The position numbers were made by a program, and so were the translations under genes. The notes under the pieces are model-generated. The model was not told the DNA's origin, made no database searches, and was given only the letters and a program-made list of their open reading frames with translations. Positions 43,504 to 52,299 of a DNA stretch of 64,000 bases are shown here, piece by piece. The DNA is taken from NCBI GenBank assembly GCA_016875735.1, contig VGOW01000007.1, forward strand, positions 5,844 through 69,843. The letters are read 5' to 3'. The DNA comes from Chloroflexota bacterium (GTDB lineage: Bacteria; Chloroflexota; Anaerolineae; Anaerolineales; VGOW01). Within the stretch, counting starts at the first letter, position 1. Each line of letters starts with the position of its first letter.

Positions 43504-45421
43504 CCGCAACCGCATGGGGCTCATCGGCGCAGGGATGCTCGTCGCCTCCTTTGTCGTCGCCGCCCTCGCCTCCCTCATCGCCCCCTATGATCCAAAGAGC
43601 CCCCTGCCGGTCACCATCGACACCATCTATGCCCCGCCCGGCCCCCAACACCTCCTCGGCACCGATGACGCCGGGCAGGATGTGCTGACGAACTTCATCT
43701 ACGGCTCGCGCATCTCGCTCACCGTCGGCTTCTTTGCCTCATTCATTTCCATCGTCATCGGCGGAGTCATCGGCCTCGCCGCCGGTTACTTCGGCGGGCG
43801 CATCGATAACCTGCTCATGCGCTTCACCGACATCATCCTCGTCATTCCCGACCTCCCTCTCACCATCGTCCTCGTCGCCCTCACCAAACCCAGCCTGCTC
43901 AACATCATCATCGTCATCGGCATCGTCGGCTGGACAGGCAGTGCGCGCCTCGTGCGGTCGCAAACCATCGCCGTCAAAGAGCGCAAGTTCGTCGTGCGCG
44001 CCCGGGCCATCGGCGCCGGCCACCTGCGCATCATCGCCCGCCACATCTTCCCCCTCGTCCTGCCGCTCATCGTCACCAACACCGTGCTCGTCATCTCCCT
44101 CGCCATCCTCAACGAAAGCGCCCTCTCCTTTCTCGGCCTCGCCGACCCCACCACCCTCTCGTGGGGCCAAATGCTCAACTACGCTTTCACGCGTGGCGCA
44201 ATGAGCACTGGCGCATGGTGGGCGCTCGTGCCGCCCGGCTTCGGAATCGTATGGGTGGTGCTGGCCTGCACCCTGCTCGGCTACGGCCTCGAACAAATCC
44301 TCAACCCGCGAGTCGAGTCGCACCACCTCTCCGTCGGCGCGCAGATGATTTCGCGGCTGACCGGGCGTCTGTCCCCGCTCGACTCGCTCCCGGCGGCCAG
44401 CGACCGCTCACACCGCGCCGCGCCTCCCGATCTCAACCGCGCCCCCGTCGTTCTCGACGTGGCCGGCCTCTCGGTGGACTTCGTCTCCGAGTCCGCCCCG
44501 CCCGCTCACGCCGTCTCGAACGTTTCCTTCAGCCTCCGCCAGGGCGAACTGCTCGGTCTCGTCGGAGAATCGGGTTGCGGCAAAACCACGCTCACCCTCG
44601 CCCTCATGCGCCTCCTGCCCGCCGCAGGCCGCATCGTCGGCGGCGAAGTGAGCATGGCCGACCACGATCTTCTTTCGTTGAGCGAAAAAGAAATGGAAGA
44701 GGTGCGCTGGAAAGATATTGCCATGATCTTTCAGGGCGCAATGAACGCCCTCAATCCGGTGCGCACTATTGGCGATCAGATTGCCGAAGCCGTCCTTCGC
44801 CGTCAGCCGAACTCCCCTCAAGAATCCGTTGACCGGCGCGTGTCCGAACTGCTCGAGCTCGTTGGCATCGCCGCCGCCCGCCGCGCCCAGTATCCGCATC
44901 AATACTCCGGCGGCATGAGGCAACGCGCGATGATCGCCATGGCGCTCGCCTGCAATCCCAAGGTCGTCATTGCCGACGAACCCACCACTGCTCTCGACGT
45001 GATGATCCAAGCGCAGATACTCGATCTGCTCGCCCGCCTCCGCCGCCAACTCGGCCTCTCGGTCATCTTCATCACCCACGATCTCGGCGTGGTGGCCGAA
45101 GTGTGCGACACGGTGCTGGTGATGTATGGCGGCGTCACCGCCGAATACGCCAGCGTGGACACGATCTTCAACAACGCCCAGCATCCATATACGCGAGAAC
45201 TGCTCAAAGCCTTCCCCGATCTTTCACATCCGGGCGGCCGCCTCACCTCCATTCCCGGCTATCCCCCGCGCCTCAATGCTCTGCCGCCCGGCTGCCGGTT
45301 CGCCCCGCGCTGCCCCGCCGCCTTCGACCGTTGCCACACCGAGCCGCCAGCCATTCACTCGTTGAGCGGCTTTCACACGGCAAGTTGCCATCTGGTCGAA
45401 AATTTGGAGATTGGAGATTAA
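43439..45421 (+). CDS. Fused ABC permease (OppC/DppC-like) and ATPase (OppD/DppD-like)
   Basis: The N-terminal half is a permease (LRRNRMGLIGAGMLV..., with EAA-loop region FVVRARAIGAGHLRIIARHIFP). A ~45-aa linker follows. The C-terminal half is an ATPase (GESGCGKTT, YPHQYSGGMRQR, VVIADEPTTALD). Start at MDSKTL (ATG 43439), overlapping the 4HB gene end by 19 nt. Confidence 0.85.
   Translation: MDSKTLIHPLPSALHSSLSSLRRNRMGLIGAGMLVASFVVAALASLIAPYDPKSPLPVTIDTIYAPPGPQHLLGTDDAGQDVLTNFIYGSRISLTVGFFASFISIVIGGVIGLAAGYFGGRIDNLLMRFTDIILVIPDLPLTIVLVALTKPSLLNIIIVIGIVGWTGSARLVRSQTIAVKERKFVVRARAIGAGHLRIIARHIFPLVLPLIVTNTVLVISLAILNESALSFLGLADPTTLSWGQMLNYAFTRGAMSTGAWWALVPPGFGIVWVVLACTLLGYGLEQILNPRVESHHLSVGAQMISRLTGRLSPLDSLPAASDRSHRAAPPDLNRAPVVLDVAGLSVDFVSESAPPAHAVSNVSFSLRQGELLGLVGESGCGKTTLTLALMRLLPAAGRIVGGEVSMADHDLLSLSEKEMEEVRWKDIAMIFQGAMNALNPVRTIGDQIAEAVLRRQPNSPQESVDRRVSELLELVGIAAARRAQYPHQYSGGMRQRAMIAMALACNPKVVIADEPTTALDVMIQAQILDLLARLRRQLGLSVIFITHDLGVVAEVCDTVLVMYGGVTAEYASVDTIFNNAQHPYTRELLKAFPDLSHPGGRLTSIPGYPPRLNALPPGCRFAPRCPAAFDRCHTEPPAIHSLSGFHTASCHLVENLEIGD
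44308..44387. repeat. 10-bp perfect inverted repeat in the permease-ATPase linker
   Basis: GCGAGTCGAG (44308..44317) and CTCGACTCGC (44378..44387) are separated by 60 nt. The segment is in-frame with no stop codon. Confidence 0.6.
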
Positions 45422-45462
45422 CTCATGGCGGCCCAATCTCCACTCTCTAATTCTCAATCTCC
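45403..45462. repeat. Heptad-periodic inverted repeat spanning the stop/start of the two ATPase genes
   Basis: tggagattggagatt (45405..45419) faces aatctcc actctct aattctc aatctcc (45435..45462). The stop TAA (45419..45421) and the next ATG (45425) sit in the loop. Confidence 0.75.
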
Positions 45463-46432
45463 GATCCTGCAAGTCCGCAACCTCCACAAACTATTCCCCG
45501 TCGGGCGCAATCTCCCGTGGGCCGCGCCCAAATTCATTCACGCGGTTGACGGCGTATCCTTCGATTTGAATCGCGGCGAGGCGCTGGCTCTCGTCGGCGA
45601 AAGCGGCTGCGGCAAATCTACCCTCGCCCTCACCCTCATGGGACTCGAAACGCCGTCATCGGGGCAGATCATTTTCGATGGCACAGATGTGACCCGCGCC
45701 CACGGCGGCCAGCTCAAAGAAATGCGCCGCCGCATTCAAATGATCTTTCAAGACCCCTACGAGTCGCTCAACCCCATGATGACCATCGGCCAACTCGTGG
45801 CCGAACCGCTCACCGTTCACGGACTCCTGCCGGATCGAATCGAGCGCGAGGCGCGAATGAAGCAGGCCCTCGAAGATGCCGGACTCAAACCCGCCGAGTC
45901 ATTCGTCAACCGACTCCCGCACGAACTCTCCGGCGGACAACGCCAGCGCGTGGTCATTGCCGGGGCGCTGGTGCTCGAGCCCACTCTCCTCCTCGCCGAC
46001 GAACCTGTATCAATGCTCGACGTTTCCATCCGCGCCGAAATCCTCAACCTGCTTGCCGAACTGCGGCAGACGCGCGGCATCTCGACTCTGTTCATCACTC
46101 ACGATCTCAGCACCGCCGCTTACTTTGTGGATCGCGTGGCGGTGATGTATTTGGGCCGCATCGTCGAAATCGGACCCACTCGCGCCGTCCTCCGCCAACC
46201 GGCTCATCCGTACACCCAAGCGTTGCTCTCCGTCATCCCTGTGCCCAACCCGCGCGAGCGCCATCCGCACACCATCCTGCAAGGCGAAACTCCCAACCCC
46301 ATTGATCTTCCGCCCGGTTGCCGCTTCCATCCCCGTTGCCCCGCCGCCTTCGACCATTGCCCCAACGCCGACCCCGAACTCGCCGCCGTTGCGGGCGATC
46401 ACGAAGCGGCGTGTTTGCTAATCAAACCATAG
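45425..46432 (+). CDS. ABC transporter ATP-binding protein (OppF/DppF-like)
   Basis: GESGCGKST, LSGGQRQRVVIAGAL, LLLADEPVSMLD and the C-terminal oligopeptide-ATPase extension (PPGCRFHPRCP). Confidence 0.9.
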   Translation: MAAQSPLSNSQSPILQVRNLHKLFPVGRNLPWAAPKFIHAVDGVSFDLNRGEALALVGESGCGKSTLALTLMGLETPSSGQIIFDGTDVTRAHGGQLKEMRRRIQMIFQDPYESLNPMMTIGQLVAEPLTVHGLLPDRIEREARMKQALEDAGLKPAESFVNRLPHELSGGQRQRVVIAGALVLEPTLLLADEPVSMLDVSIRAEILNLLAELRQTRGISTLFITHDLSTAAYFVDRVAVMYLGRIVEIGPTRAVLRQPAHPYTQALLSVIPVPNPRERHPHTILQGETPNPIDLPPGCRFHPRCPAAFDHCPNADPELAAVAGDHEAACLLIKP

Positions 46433-46433
46433 G

Positions 46434-47264
46434 TCAACCCTTCGGCGGCCCCCGCCTCACTCTCTCCATCACCCGGCTCATCCCTTCCCCATCTCTTGGC
46501 GCCGTCCACATCGCCTCAATCCACCACGTCGCCCCGTTCTCGGCCCACTTGCGAACGTTCGCCGCCGCTTGCTTCGGCTTGTCGCCGGGCGTCGCCCCCT
46601 CCACCACAATGTCGAACGGCGTCTTGAGTTTGCGCCGCTTCATCACGTAAGCCTTCATCTCGCGCACATCGGCGGGAGTGAAGGGAACAATCTTACCCTT
46701 CGCATTCATTTTGTTCGGCAGTAACCCATCGTACTTCACCACCCTCTGCATCGACTTCTCGCGCCGCCACGCGCCCACCACCCAGATGGGGATGCGCGGC
46801 TTTTGCACCGGCGGCGGGGGCGGAAAAAACGTGGTCTCTCTGATTTTGTAATGCGCGCCCTCGAAATTAAAAGGCTGGCCTTTCCAGAGGCCGGTCAAAA
46901 TTTCCAGCCCTTCATCCAGCAATTCGGCCCGCGTCTTTCGGTCGGTCACTTCGCCGAACTGCTCGAAGCCGGTATCCACCGCGCCTAACCCCACCGACAG
47001 GATCACGCGCCCGTTCGAGAGTCGGTCGAGCGCCGCCATCTCGCTCGCCAGTTTCCACGGCCTCATCCGCGAGAGCGGCGTGATCATCGTCCCCAATTTG
47101 ATTCGCTCGGTGAGCATGGCCGCCGCCGTCAACTGCACCCACGCATCGATTCCCCACACCGGCTCCCAAACGAAGAGTCCATCCCACCCCGCCCTCTCGG
47201 CCTCCCGCGCCGCCTCCGCCGCCGCCCGCGCATCGCCGAATGGAAGAACGAAACCGAAGTTCAT
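46434..47264 (-). CDS. LLM-class (luciferase-like) flavin/F420-dependent oxidoreductase
   Basis: MNFGFVLPFGDARAAAEAAREAERAGWDGLFVWE...LGTMITPLSRMRPWKLASEMAALDRLSNGRVILSVGLG is a typical LLM N-terminal TIM-barrel pattern. Confidence 0.75.
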   Translation of the reverse strand: MNFGFVLPFGDARAAAEAAREAERAGWDGLFVWEPVWGIDAWVQLTAAAMLTERIKLGTMITPLSRMRPWKLASEMAALDRLSNGRVILSVGLGAVDTGFEQFGEVTDRKTRAELLDEGLEILTGLWKGQPFNFEGAHYKIRETTFFPPPPPVQKPRIPIWVVGAWRREKSMQRVVKYDGLLPNKMNAKGKIVPFTPADVREMKAYVMKRRKLKTPFDIVVEGATPGDKPKQAAANVRKWAENGATWWIEAMWTAPRDGEGMSRVMERVRRGPPKG

Positions 47265-47329
47265 AGGGACTCCTTTTGAGAATTCGATCTGTTTTCGAGG
47301 TTGCCATTATAACCATGCGTCAAGGCCTG

Positions 47330-47338
47330 TGCTATACT
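47330..47338 (+). promoter_or_regulatory. Candidate extended -10 promoter element (TGcTATACT)
   Basis: tgcTATACT at 47330..47338, followed by RBS AAGGAG (47362..47367) 6 nt before ATG 47374. No good -35 element was seen. Confidence 0.4.
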
Positions 47339-47373
47339 GCCAAAAGTAGTCTGCCTTCAACAAGGAGTCGGCC

Positions 47374-47817
47374 ATGACCATCCTCCTCGACAACATCACC
47401 ATTCCCGAACAGGGGACATTGACCATTCACCTCACCATTGAAATCAAGGTGACGGCGGAGCAGGCCCGCAAAAAGGTGGACCGCTGGCTGATGGATCAGA
47501 TCAGTTCGCAGATGGGTGCCGAAACGCCAACGTTGGTGGCCGGGGAGCGAACTGCATGGCGCGTTCCGGTCTACATTAGCTTCCCCAGCGTCGGCCATGC
47601 AGGGACGGTTGGGACAATTGATGTTGACGCACAAAGCGGGGAAATGGAGGTCTCGCCCGATAAGATAGCGGACATCGAACGGCAAGCGCAGGAGATTGCC
47701 AAACGACTGCCCTCCTACAAACCACACACACCACCGCCCGAATTCATCCCCAAGAACGTTCCGCCCGCGAAGGTCTTCGTGGTCACTGAAGACAGCCAAT
47801 TGAAGCCCAAAGAATGA
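47374..47817 (+). CDS. Hypothetical protein, possible PepSY-like fold
   Basis: 147 aa. ITAEQARKKVDRWL...AWRVPVYISFPSVGHAGTVGTIDVDAQSGEM resembles the PepSY pattern (helix, then strands ending in VDa.tGe). This is a weak, memory-based match. It has a strong RBS. Confidence 0.5.
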   Translation: MTILLDNITIPEQGTLTIHLTIEIKVTAEQARKKVDRWLMDQISSQMGAETPTLVAGERTAWRVPVYISFPSVGHAGTVGTIDVDAQSGEMEVSPDKIADIERQAQEIAKRLPSYKPHTPPPEFIPKNVPPAKVFVVTEDSQLKPKE

Positions 47818-48275
47818 CGCCAGCCCTTCTACCAATCGAACACATCCAACAGCGTTCGGATGGCGACTGCATTGCGGCTTGCGCCGCGATGATTCTCAAG
47901 TATATGGGCATTGCGGTTGGGTATGAGCGTTTGCTCGCGCTGTTGAGGACCAGCCCAATTGGTGCGGCCTCTTTTCGAGTCCGAGAACTGGAGCACTTGG
48001 GTATCACCGTCGTGTATAAGCAAGGCGACCTCGCGGAACTTCACCGACATCTGTTGAGTGATCGCCCTTGCATCGCGTTTGTCAAATCGTCTGAGTTACC
48101 CTACTCGAATCTATCAATCAACCATGCGGTCGTTGTCTCCGGCATAGATGACGAACTCATATACCTCAACGATCCCGATCTGGATTACGCCCCCGTCGCC
48201 GTATCTCACGGGGACTTCGGCCTTGCTTGGCTTGAGCGCGATGAATACTACGCCGCTTTTCTCCACCGCGATTGA
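47814..48275 (+). CDS. Stand-alone C39-like papain-fold cysteine peptidase
   Basis: IQQRSDGDCIAACAAMILKYMGI (Q...C catalytic region as in bacteriocin-processing C39 domains), then INHAVVVSG (His) and LNDPD (Asp). ATGA overlap with the upstream gene. Confidence 0.65.
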   Translation: MTPALLPIEHIQQRSDGDCIAACAAMILKYMGIAVGYERLLALLRTSPIGAASFRVRELEHLGITVVYKQGDLAELHRHLLSDRPCIAFVKSSELPYSNLSINHAVVVSGIDDELIYLNDPDLDYAPVAVSHGDFGLAWLERDEYYAAFLHRD

Positions 48276-48318
48276 ACCTCTCCGGCACTCCATCCGCGCC
48301 CACCCGCGTTCCCCTTCT

Positions 48319-50370
48319 ATGGCAGCCATTCGATCCTCCTTTCCTCACCCCATCACCGAAATCGAAAACACGTTCATCCCTCTCGCCGACGGCGCGCGCC
48401 TCGCCGCTCGGATGTGGATGCCAGCGGACGCCGACTCGAATCCCGTCCCGGCCATCCTCGAATATCTGCCGTATCGCAAAGACGACGGCACGGCCTACCG
48501 CGACTCGATCCGCCATCCTTACTTCGCCGGGCACGGTTACGCCTCCATTCGAGTCGATATGCGCGGCTCCGGCGACTCCGACGGCATCCTTTACGACGAG
48601 TACCTCAAGCAAGAACAAGACGACGCGCTCGAAGTATTGAAATGGATCGCCGCGCAAAAATGGTGCACGGGCCGCGTCGGCATCATCGGCATTTCGTGGG
48701 GCGGCTTCAACGGATTGCAAATCGCCGCCCGTCGCCCGCCCGAGCTCAAAGCCATCATCACCCTCTGTTCCACCGACGACCGATACGCCGACGACGTGCA
48801 TTACATGGGCGGATGCCTGCTCGCTTCCGAAATGCTCGAATGGGCCTCGGTGATGCTGGCCTGCAACGCCCAACCGCCCGACCCGCGCTTCCGATCCGAC
48901 TGGCGCGAAGTGTGGTTCGAGCGCATGGAAAAGACTCCGCCGTACATCAAAGCGTGGCTGGCGCATCAGCGCCGCGATGAATTTTGGAAACACGGCTCGG
49001 TGTGCGAGGAAGGGCGATTCGTGAATCGCCCCTACGCCGATATCGAATGCGCCGTGTATGCGGTGGGCGGTTGGCAAGACGGATACACCAACGCCGTGCC
49101 GCGACTCCTCGCCGGACTCTCGTGCCCGCGCAAAGGACTCATCGGCCCGTGGTCGCACGGCTACCCCGAAGTGGCCCTGCCCGGCCCGCAGATCGGATTT
49201 CAACAAGAATGTGTGCGCTGGTGGGATCATTGGCTCAAAGGGATCGACACCGGAATCATGGATGAGCCGATGTTGACGGCATGGATGCAGGACTCCGCTC
49301 CCGCCCGATCATTTTACGATCACCGTCCGGGCCGCTGGGTCGCCGAATCGATCTGGCCCTCCCCCAACATCTCACCCCAAATCCTGCACCTCGTTGATCA
49401 CCGCCTCTCCCCAACCACCCAACCACCCAACCACCCAACCACCCAACCACCCACCATCCTCGGCTCCCAACACTGCGGCCTCACCTCCGGCATTTGGTGC
49501 CCCTACGGCAAGCCCGGCGACACCCCGCGCGATCAACGCCCCGATGACGGACTCAGCCTCACCTTCGATTCTGATCCCGTTGACTCGACTCAAGAAATAC
49601 TCGGCTTCCCCGAAGTCACGCTCGCGCTTTCATCCGACAAACCCAACGCGCTCATCGCCGCGCGGCTGTGCGATGTTGCCCCCACCGGCGAGTCACTGCT
49701 CGTCTCGTGGGGAATGTTAAATCTCACCCACCGCGAGTCGCGCGAACATCCGACGCCGCTCGAACCCGGCAAGCCCTACACCGTCGCCGTTCAACTCAAC
49801 GTCATCGCCCATTCGCTTCCCGCCGGTCATTGCTGGCGCATCGCCCTCTCGCCAACGTATTGGCCTCACGCCTGGCCCTCCCCCGAACCCGTCACCCTCA
49901 CCCTCCACAGCGGCCACCTCACCCTCCCCCTCCGCCCACTTGACCACTCGACTACCCGACTACCCGACCACTGGGCCAAACCCGAACACGCCCCACCCCT
50001 CGCCATCGAAACCCTCGCCGCCAAAAACCGCGAGCGCACCGTGCATCTCGACAACGTCACCGGCAAACTCACGACGGTTGACAAGAGCGAGCGCGGCTAC
50101 ATCCGCTTCCTCGACAGCAGCCTCGAGAACGATTACACCACCGTTGACACCTTCTCCATTGTCGAAGGCCAGCCTCTGTCGGCCGCCGCCCAATCCGATC
50201 GCACCATTCGCATTGGCCGCGGCGAATGGCAAACTCGCATCGAAACGTCGAGCGTGATGACTTCGGACGCCGCCAACTTTCACGTCACCAACATCCTGCA
50301 AGCCTACGAAGGCGAAGTGCGCGTGTTCGCAAAGACTTGGCATTTCTCCGTCCCGCGCGATCACGTTTAA
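48319..50370 (+). CDS. CocE/NonD-family (S15 X-Pro dipeptidyl-peptidase-like) hydrolase
   Basis: ILEYLPYRKDDGTA...RVDMRGSGDSDG...GIIGISWGGFNG (nucleophile elbow GxSxGG). Start set at MAAIRSSF because upstream codons overlap the C39 gene. Confidence 0.85.
   Translation: MAAIRSSFPHPITEIENTFIPLADGARLAARMWMPADADSNPVPAILEYLPYRKDDGTAYRDSIRHPYFAGHGYASIRVDMRGSGDSDGILYDEYLKQEQDDALEVLKWIAAQKWCTGRVGIIGISWGGFNGLQIAARRPPELKAIITLCSTDDRYADDVHYMGGCLLASEMLEWASVMLACNAQPPDPRFRSDWREVWFERMEKTPPYIKAWLAHQRRDEFWKHGSVCEEGRFVNRPYADIECAVYAVGGWQDGYTNAVPRLLAGLSCPRKGLIGPWSHGYPEVALPGPQIGFQQECVRWWDHWLKGIDTGIMDEPMLTAWMQDSAPARSFYDHRPGRWVAESIWPSPNISPQILHLVDHRLSPTTQPPNHPTTQPPTILGSQHCGLTSGIWCPYGKPGDTPRDQRPDDGLSLTFDSDPVDSTQEILGFPEVTLALSSDKPNALIAARLCDVAPTGESLLVSWGMLNLTHRESREHPTPLEPGKPYTVAVQLNVIAHSLPAGHCWRIALSPTYWPHAWPSPEPVTLTLHSGHLTLPLRPLDHSTTRLPDHWAKPEHAPPLAIETLAAKNRERTVHLDNVTGKLTTVDKSERGYIRFLDSSLENDYTTVDTFSIVEGQPLSAAAQSDRTIRIGRGEWQTRIETSSVMTSDAANFHVTNILQAYEGEVRVFAKTWHFSVPRDHV
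49411..49456. repeat. Five perfect tandem octamers (CCAACCAC) in-frame in the hydrolase CDS
   Basis: The five ccaaccac units are followed by ccacca and encode PTTQPPNHPTTQPPT. The reverse-complement unit recurs at 58564..58603. Confidence 0.9.
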
Positions 50371-50377
50371 AACAAAA

Positions 50378-50399
50378 GGGCGGCCCGTCGAGGCCGCCC
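50378..50399 (-). terminator. Intrinsic terminator of the HD-domain gene (hairpin shared with the convergent hydrolase gene)
   Basis: GGGCGGCC-CGTCGA-GGCCGCCC. On the minus strand it is followed by CTTTTGTTTT. Confidence 0.7.
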
Positions 50400-50981
50400 T
50401 CACTTCTTCTCCGCAGGTTTCCCCGCTGGCGCAAACAACCCTTTCACCGCTTCATCCAACTTCTTCACCACTTCGTGCTCCCTCAACTCGCTCGCCTTCA
50501 GACTCTCCGTCACCGAGCGGTAATACCAGGCGATCTCCGGCTTGCCGCGCTTGAAGCGCGACCACACCCTCTCGCCCATCGCCGAGTAATCGGCGGCCAT
50601 CGAGCGCACGTTGTGCAATTTGTCGGCGGCGGAAACGAGAGCCACATCGCGCGGCGCAGTTCTGAGATGAGCCACCGTGTGCTGTTTGCGATGCTCCCAC
50701 GTGTCGTTTTTATTCGGCTCCGAACACCCTTCCACGATGAAAGCGATTCTCGTCCCGAACCTTTCGCGCAGTTCGGCCAGCGTCACCCCCGTGTCTTCCA
50801 CCGTGTCGTGCAGCAGCGCCGCCGCCAAAAGTTCAGAGTCGGTTTCCCCGCACTCGATCAACACCATCATCACCCCCACCGGATGCACGATGTAGGGCAC
50901 GTCGGTGCTTTTGCGCACCTGCCCATCGTGCGCGCGCGCGGCAAAGGCCAAAGCAGAATCGATCAACGGGTGCGGTGACAT
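50400..50981 (-). CDS. HD-domain protein, small alarmone ((p)ppGpp) hydrolase-like
   Basis: ALAFAARAHDGQVRKSTDVPYIVHPVGVMMVL...AALLHDTVEDT is the SpoT/Mesh1-type HD hydrolase motif set. 193 aa with no synthetase domain. Confidence 0.8.
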   Translation of the reverse strand: MSPHPLIDSALAFAARAHDGQVRKSTDVPYIVHPVGVMMVLIECGETDSELLAAALLHDTVEDTGVTLAELRERFGTRIAFIVEGCSEPNKNDTWEHRKQHTVAHLRTAPRDVALVSAADKLHNVRSMAADYSAMGERVWSRFKRGKPEIAWYYRSVTESLKASELREHEVVKKLDEAVKGLFAPAGKPAEKK

Positions 50982-50990
50982 GCAAGAAGA

Positions 50991-52295
50991 TTACAGATAC
51001 TCCATCTCGCGCGCCGCCTTCTCCAACTCTTCGCGGAACTCCGGCGCGGCCACGTTGATGAGCGCCTTCGCCCGCCGGGCAATCGTCTTCCCGTACAGAT
51101 CGGCGACTCCGTACTCGGTGACTACGTAATGCACGTGATTGCGCGTCGTCACCACACCCGCGCCCATCTTGAGCATAGGCACGATCTTGCTGAACTTCGA
51201 TTCGTCTTTCTTCACCAGCGTGCTCGGCAGGGCAATGATGGGCACGCCGTCTTTTGCTCGCGACGCGCCATAAATGAAATCGACCTGCCCCCCCACCCCG
51301 CTGTAAAAACGCGGCCCGATACTGTCGGCGCACACTTGGCCGGTGAGGTCCACTTCAATCGCCGAGTTGATCGCCACCATCCGCTCGTTCTGGGCGATGA
51401 CGAATGGATCGTTGACGTATTCCGAAGGGTGCAGTTCGACGAGCGGATTGTCGTTCACGAAATCGTACAGCCGCTGGGTGCCGAGCAAAAACCCGGCCAC
51501 CATTTTGCCCGGATGCAGAGTCTTCTTTTCGCCGGTGATCACTCCGCGTTGAAAGAGATCGATGACGCCGTCGGAGAACAGTTCGGTGTGCACGCCGAGG
51601 TCTTTGTGGTTGGTGAGTCGGCGCAGAACCGCATCGGGGATGGCGCCGATGCCCGTTTGCAGAGTCGCCTCGTCGGGGATGAGCGTGGCTACGTGATCGG
51701 CAATGCGTTCGGTCACTTCATCAGTCGCGCCCATATGCACTTCGGGCAGGGGGTAATCCACTTGCACGATCACATTCAACTTCGAGAGGTGAATGAACGA
51801 ATCGCCGAGCGTGCGCGGCATGCGCGGATTGACTTCGGCCATAACTAATGTGGCCGACTGCGCCGCCGTTTTGGTGATGCCTACTTCGACCCCGAAGGAG
51901 CAGAAACCGTGTTCATCGGGCGGCGAGACTTGAATGAGGGCCACGTCGAGAGGCAGCACGCCTGACCGGAAGAGGCCGGAGATTTCGGAGAGGAAGCACG
52001 GGGTGAAATCGGCGCGGCCTTCGTTCACCGCGCCGCGCACATTGTCGCTGATGAAGAGCGTGTTCACTCGCAGATGGCCATCCATCGTGGGGGCCACGTA
52101 ATCGGCGGGGCCCACTGTGAGCACTTGGGTGATCTCCACCTCGGTGAGCAGAGGCGCGCGGGCGCACAGCGCGGCCAGCAGTGTTTTGGGCACCGAGCAG
52201 TTGCCGGTGAGGAACACGCGCATGTGCGATTGGATGCGGCTGACGGCTTGCTCCGGAGTCAGTAATCGATCTCGATAAAGTTCGAACCAGTTCAT
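50991..52295 (-). CDS. Acetyl-CoA hydrolase/transferase family protein (4-hydroxybutyrate CoA-transferase-like)
   Basis: 434 aa. An N-terminal region (LTPEQAVSRIQSHMRVFLTGNCSVP) and a C-terminal GGQVDF-containing region (YSGVGGQVDFIYGA) are typical of this family. Confidence 0.85.
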   Translation of the reverse strand: MNWFELYRDRLLTPEQAVSRIQSHMRVFLTGNCSVPKTLLAALCARAPLLTEVEITQVLTVGPADYVAPTMDGHLRVNTLFISDNVRGAVNEGRADFTPCFLSEISGLFRSGVLPLDVALIQVSPPDEHGFCSFGVEVGITKTAAQSATLVMAEVNPRMPRTLGDSFIHLSKLNVIVQVDYPLPEVHMGATDEVTERIADHVATLIPDEATLQTGIGAIPDAVLRRLTNHKDLGVHTELFSDGVIDLFQRGVITGEKKTLHPGKMVAGFLLGTQRLYDFVNDNPLVELHPSEYVNDPFVIAQNERMVAINSAIEVDLTGQVCADSIGPRFYSGVGGQVDFIYGASRAKDGVPIIALPSTLVKKDESKFSKIVPMLKMGAGVVTTRNHVHYVVTEYGVADLYGKTIARRAKALINVAAPEFREELEKAAREMEYL

Positions 52296-52299
52296 GCTC

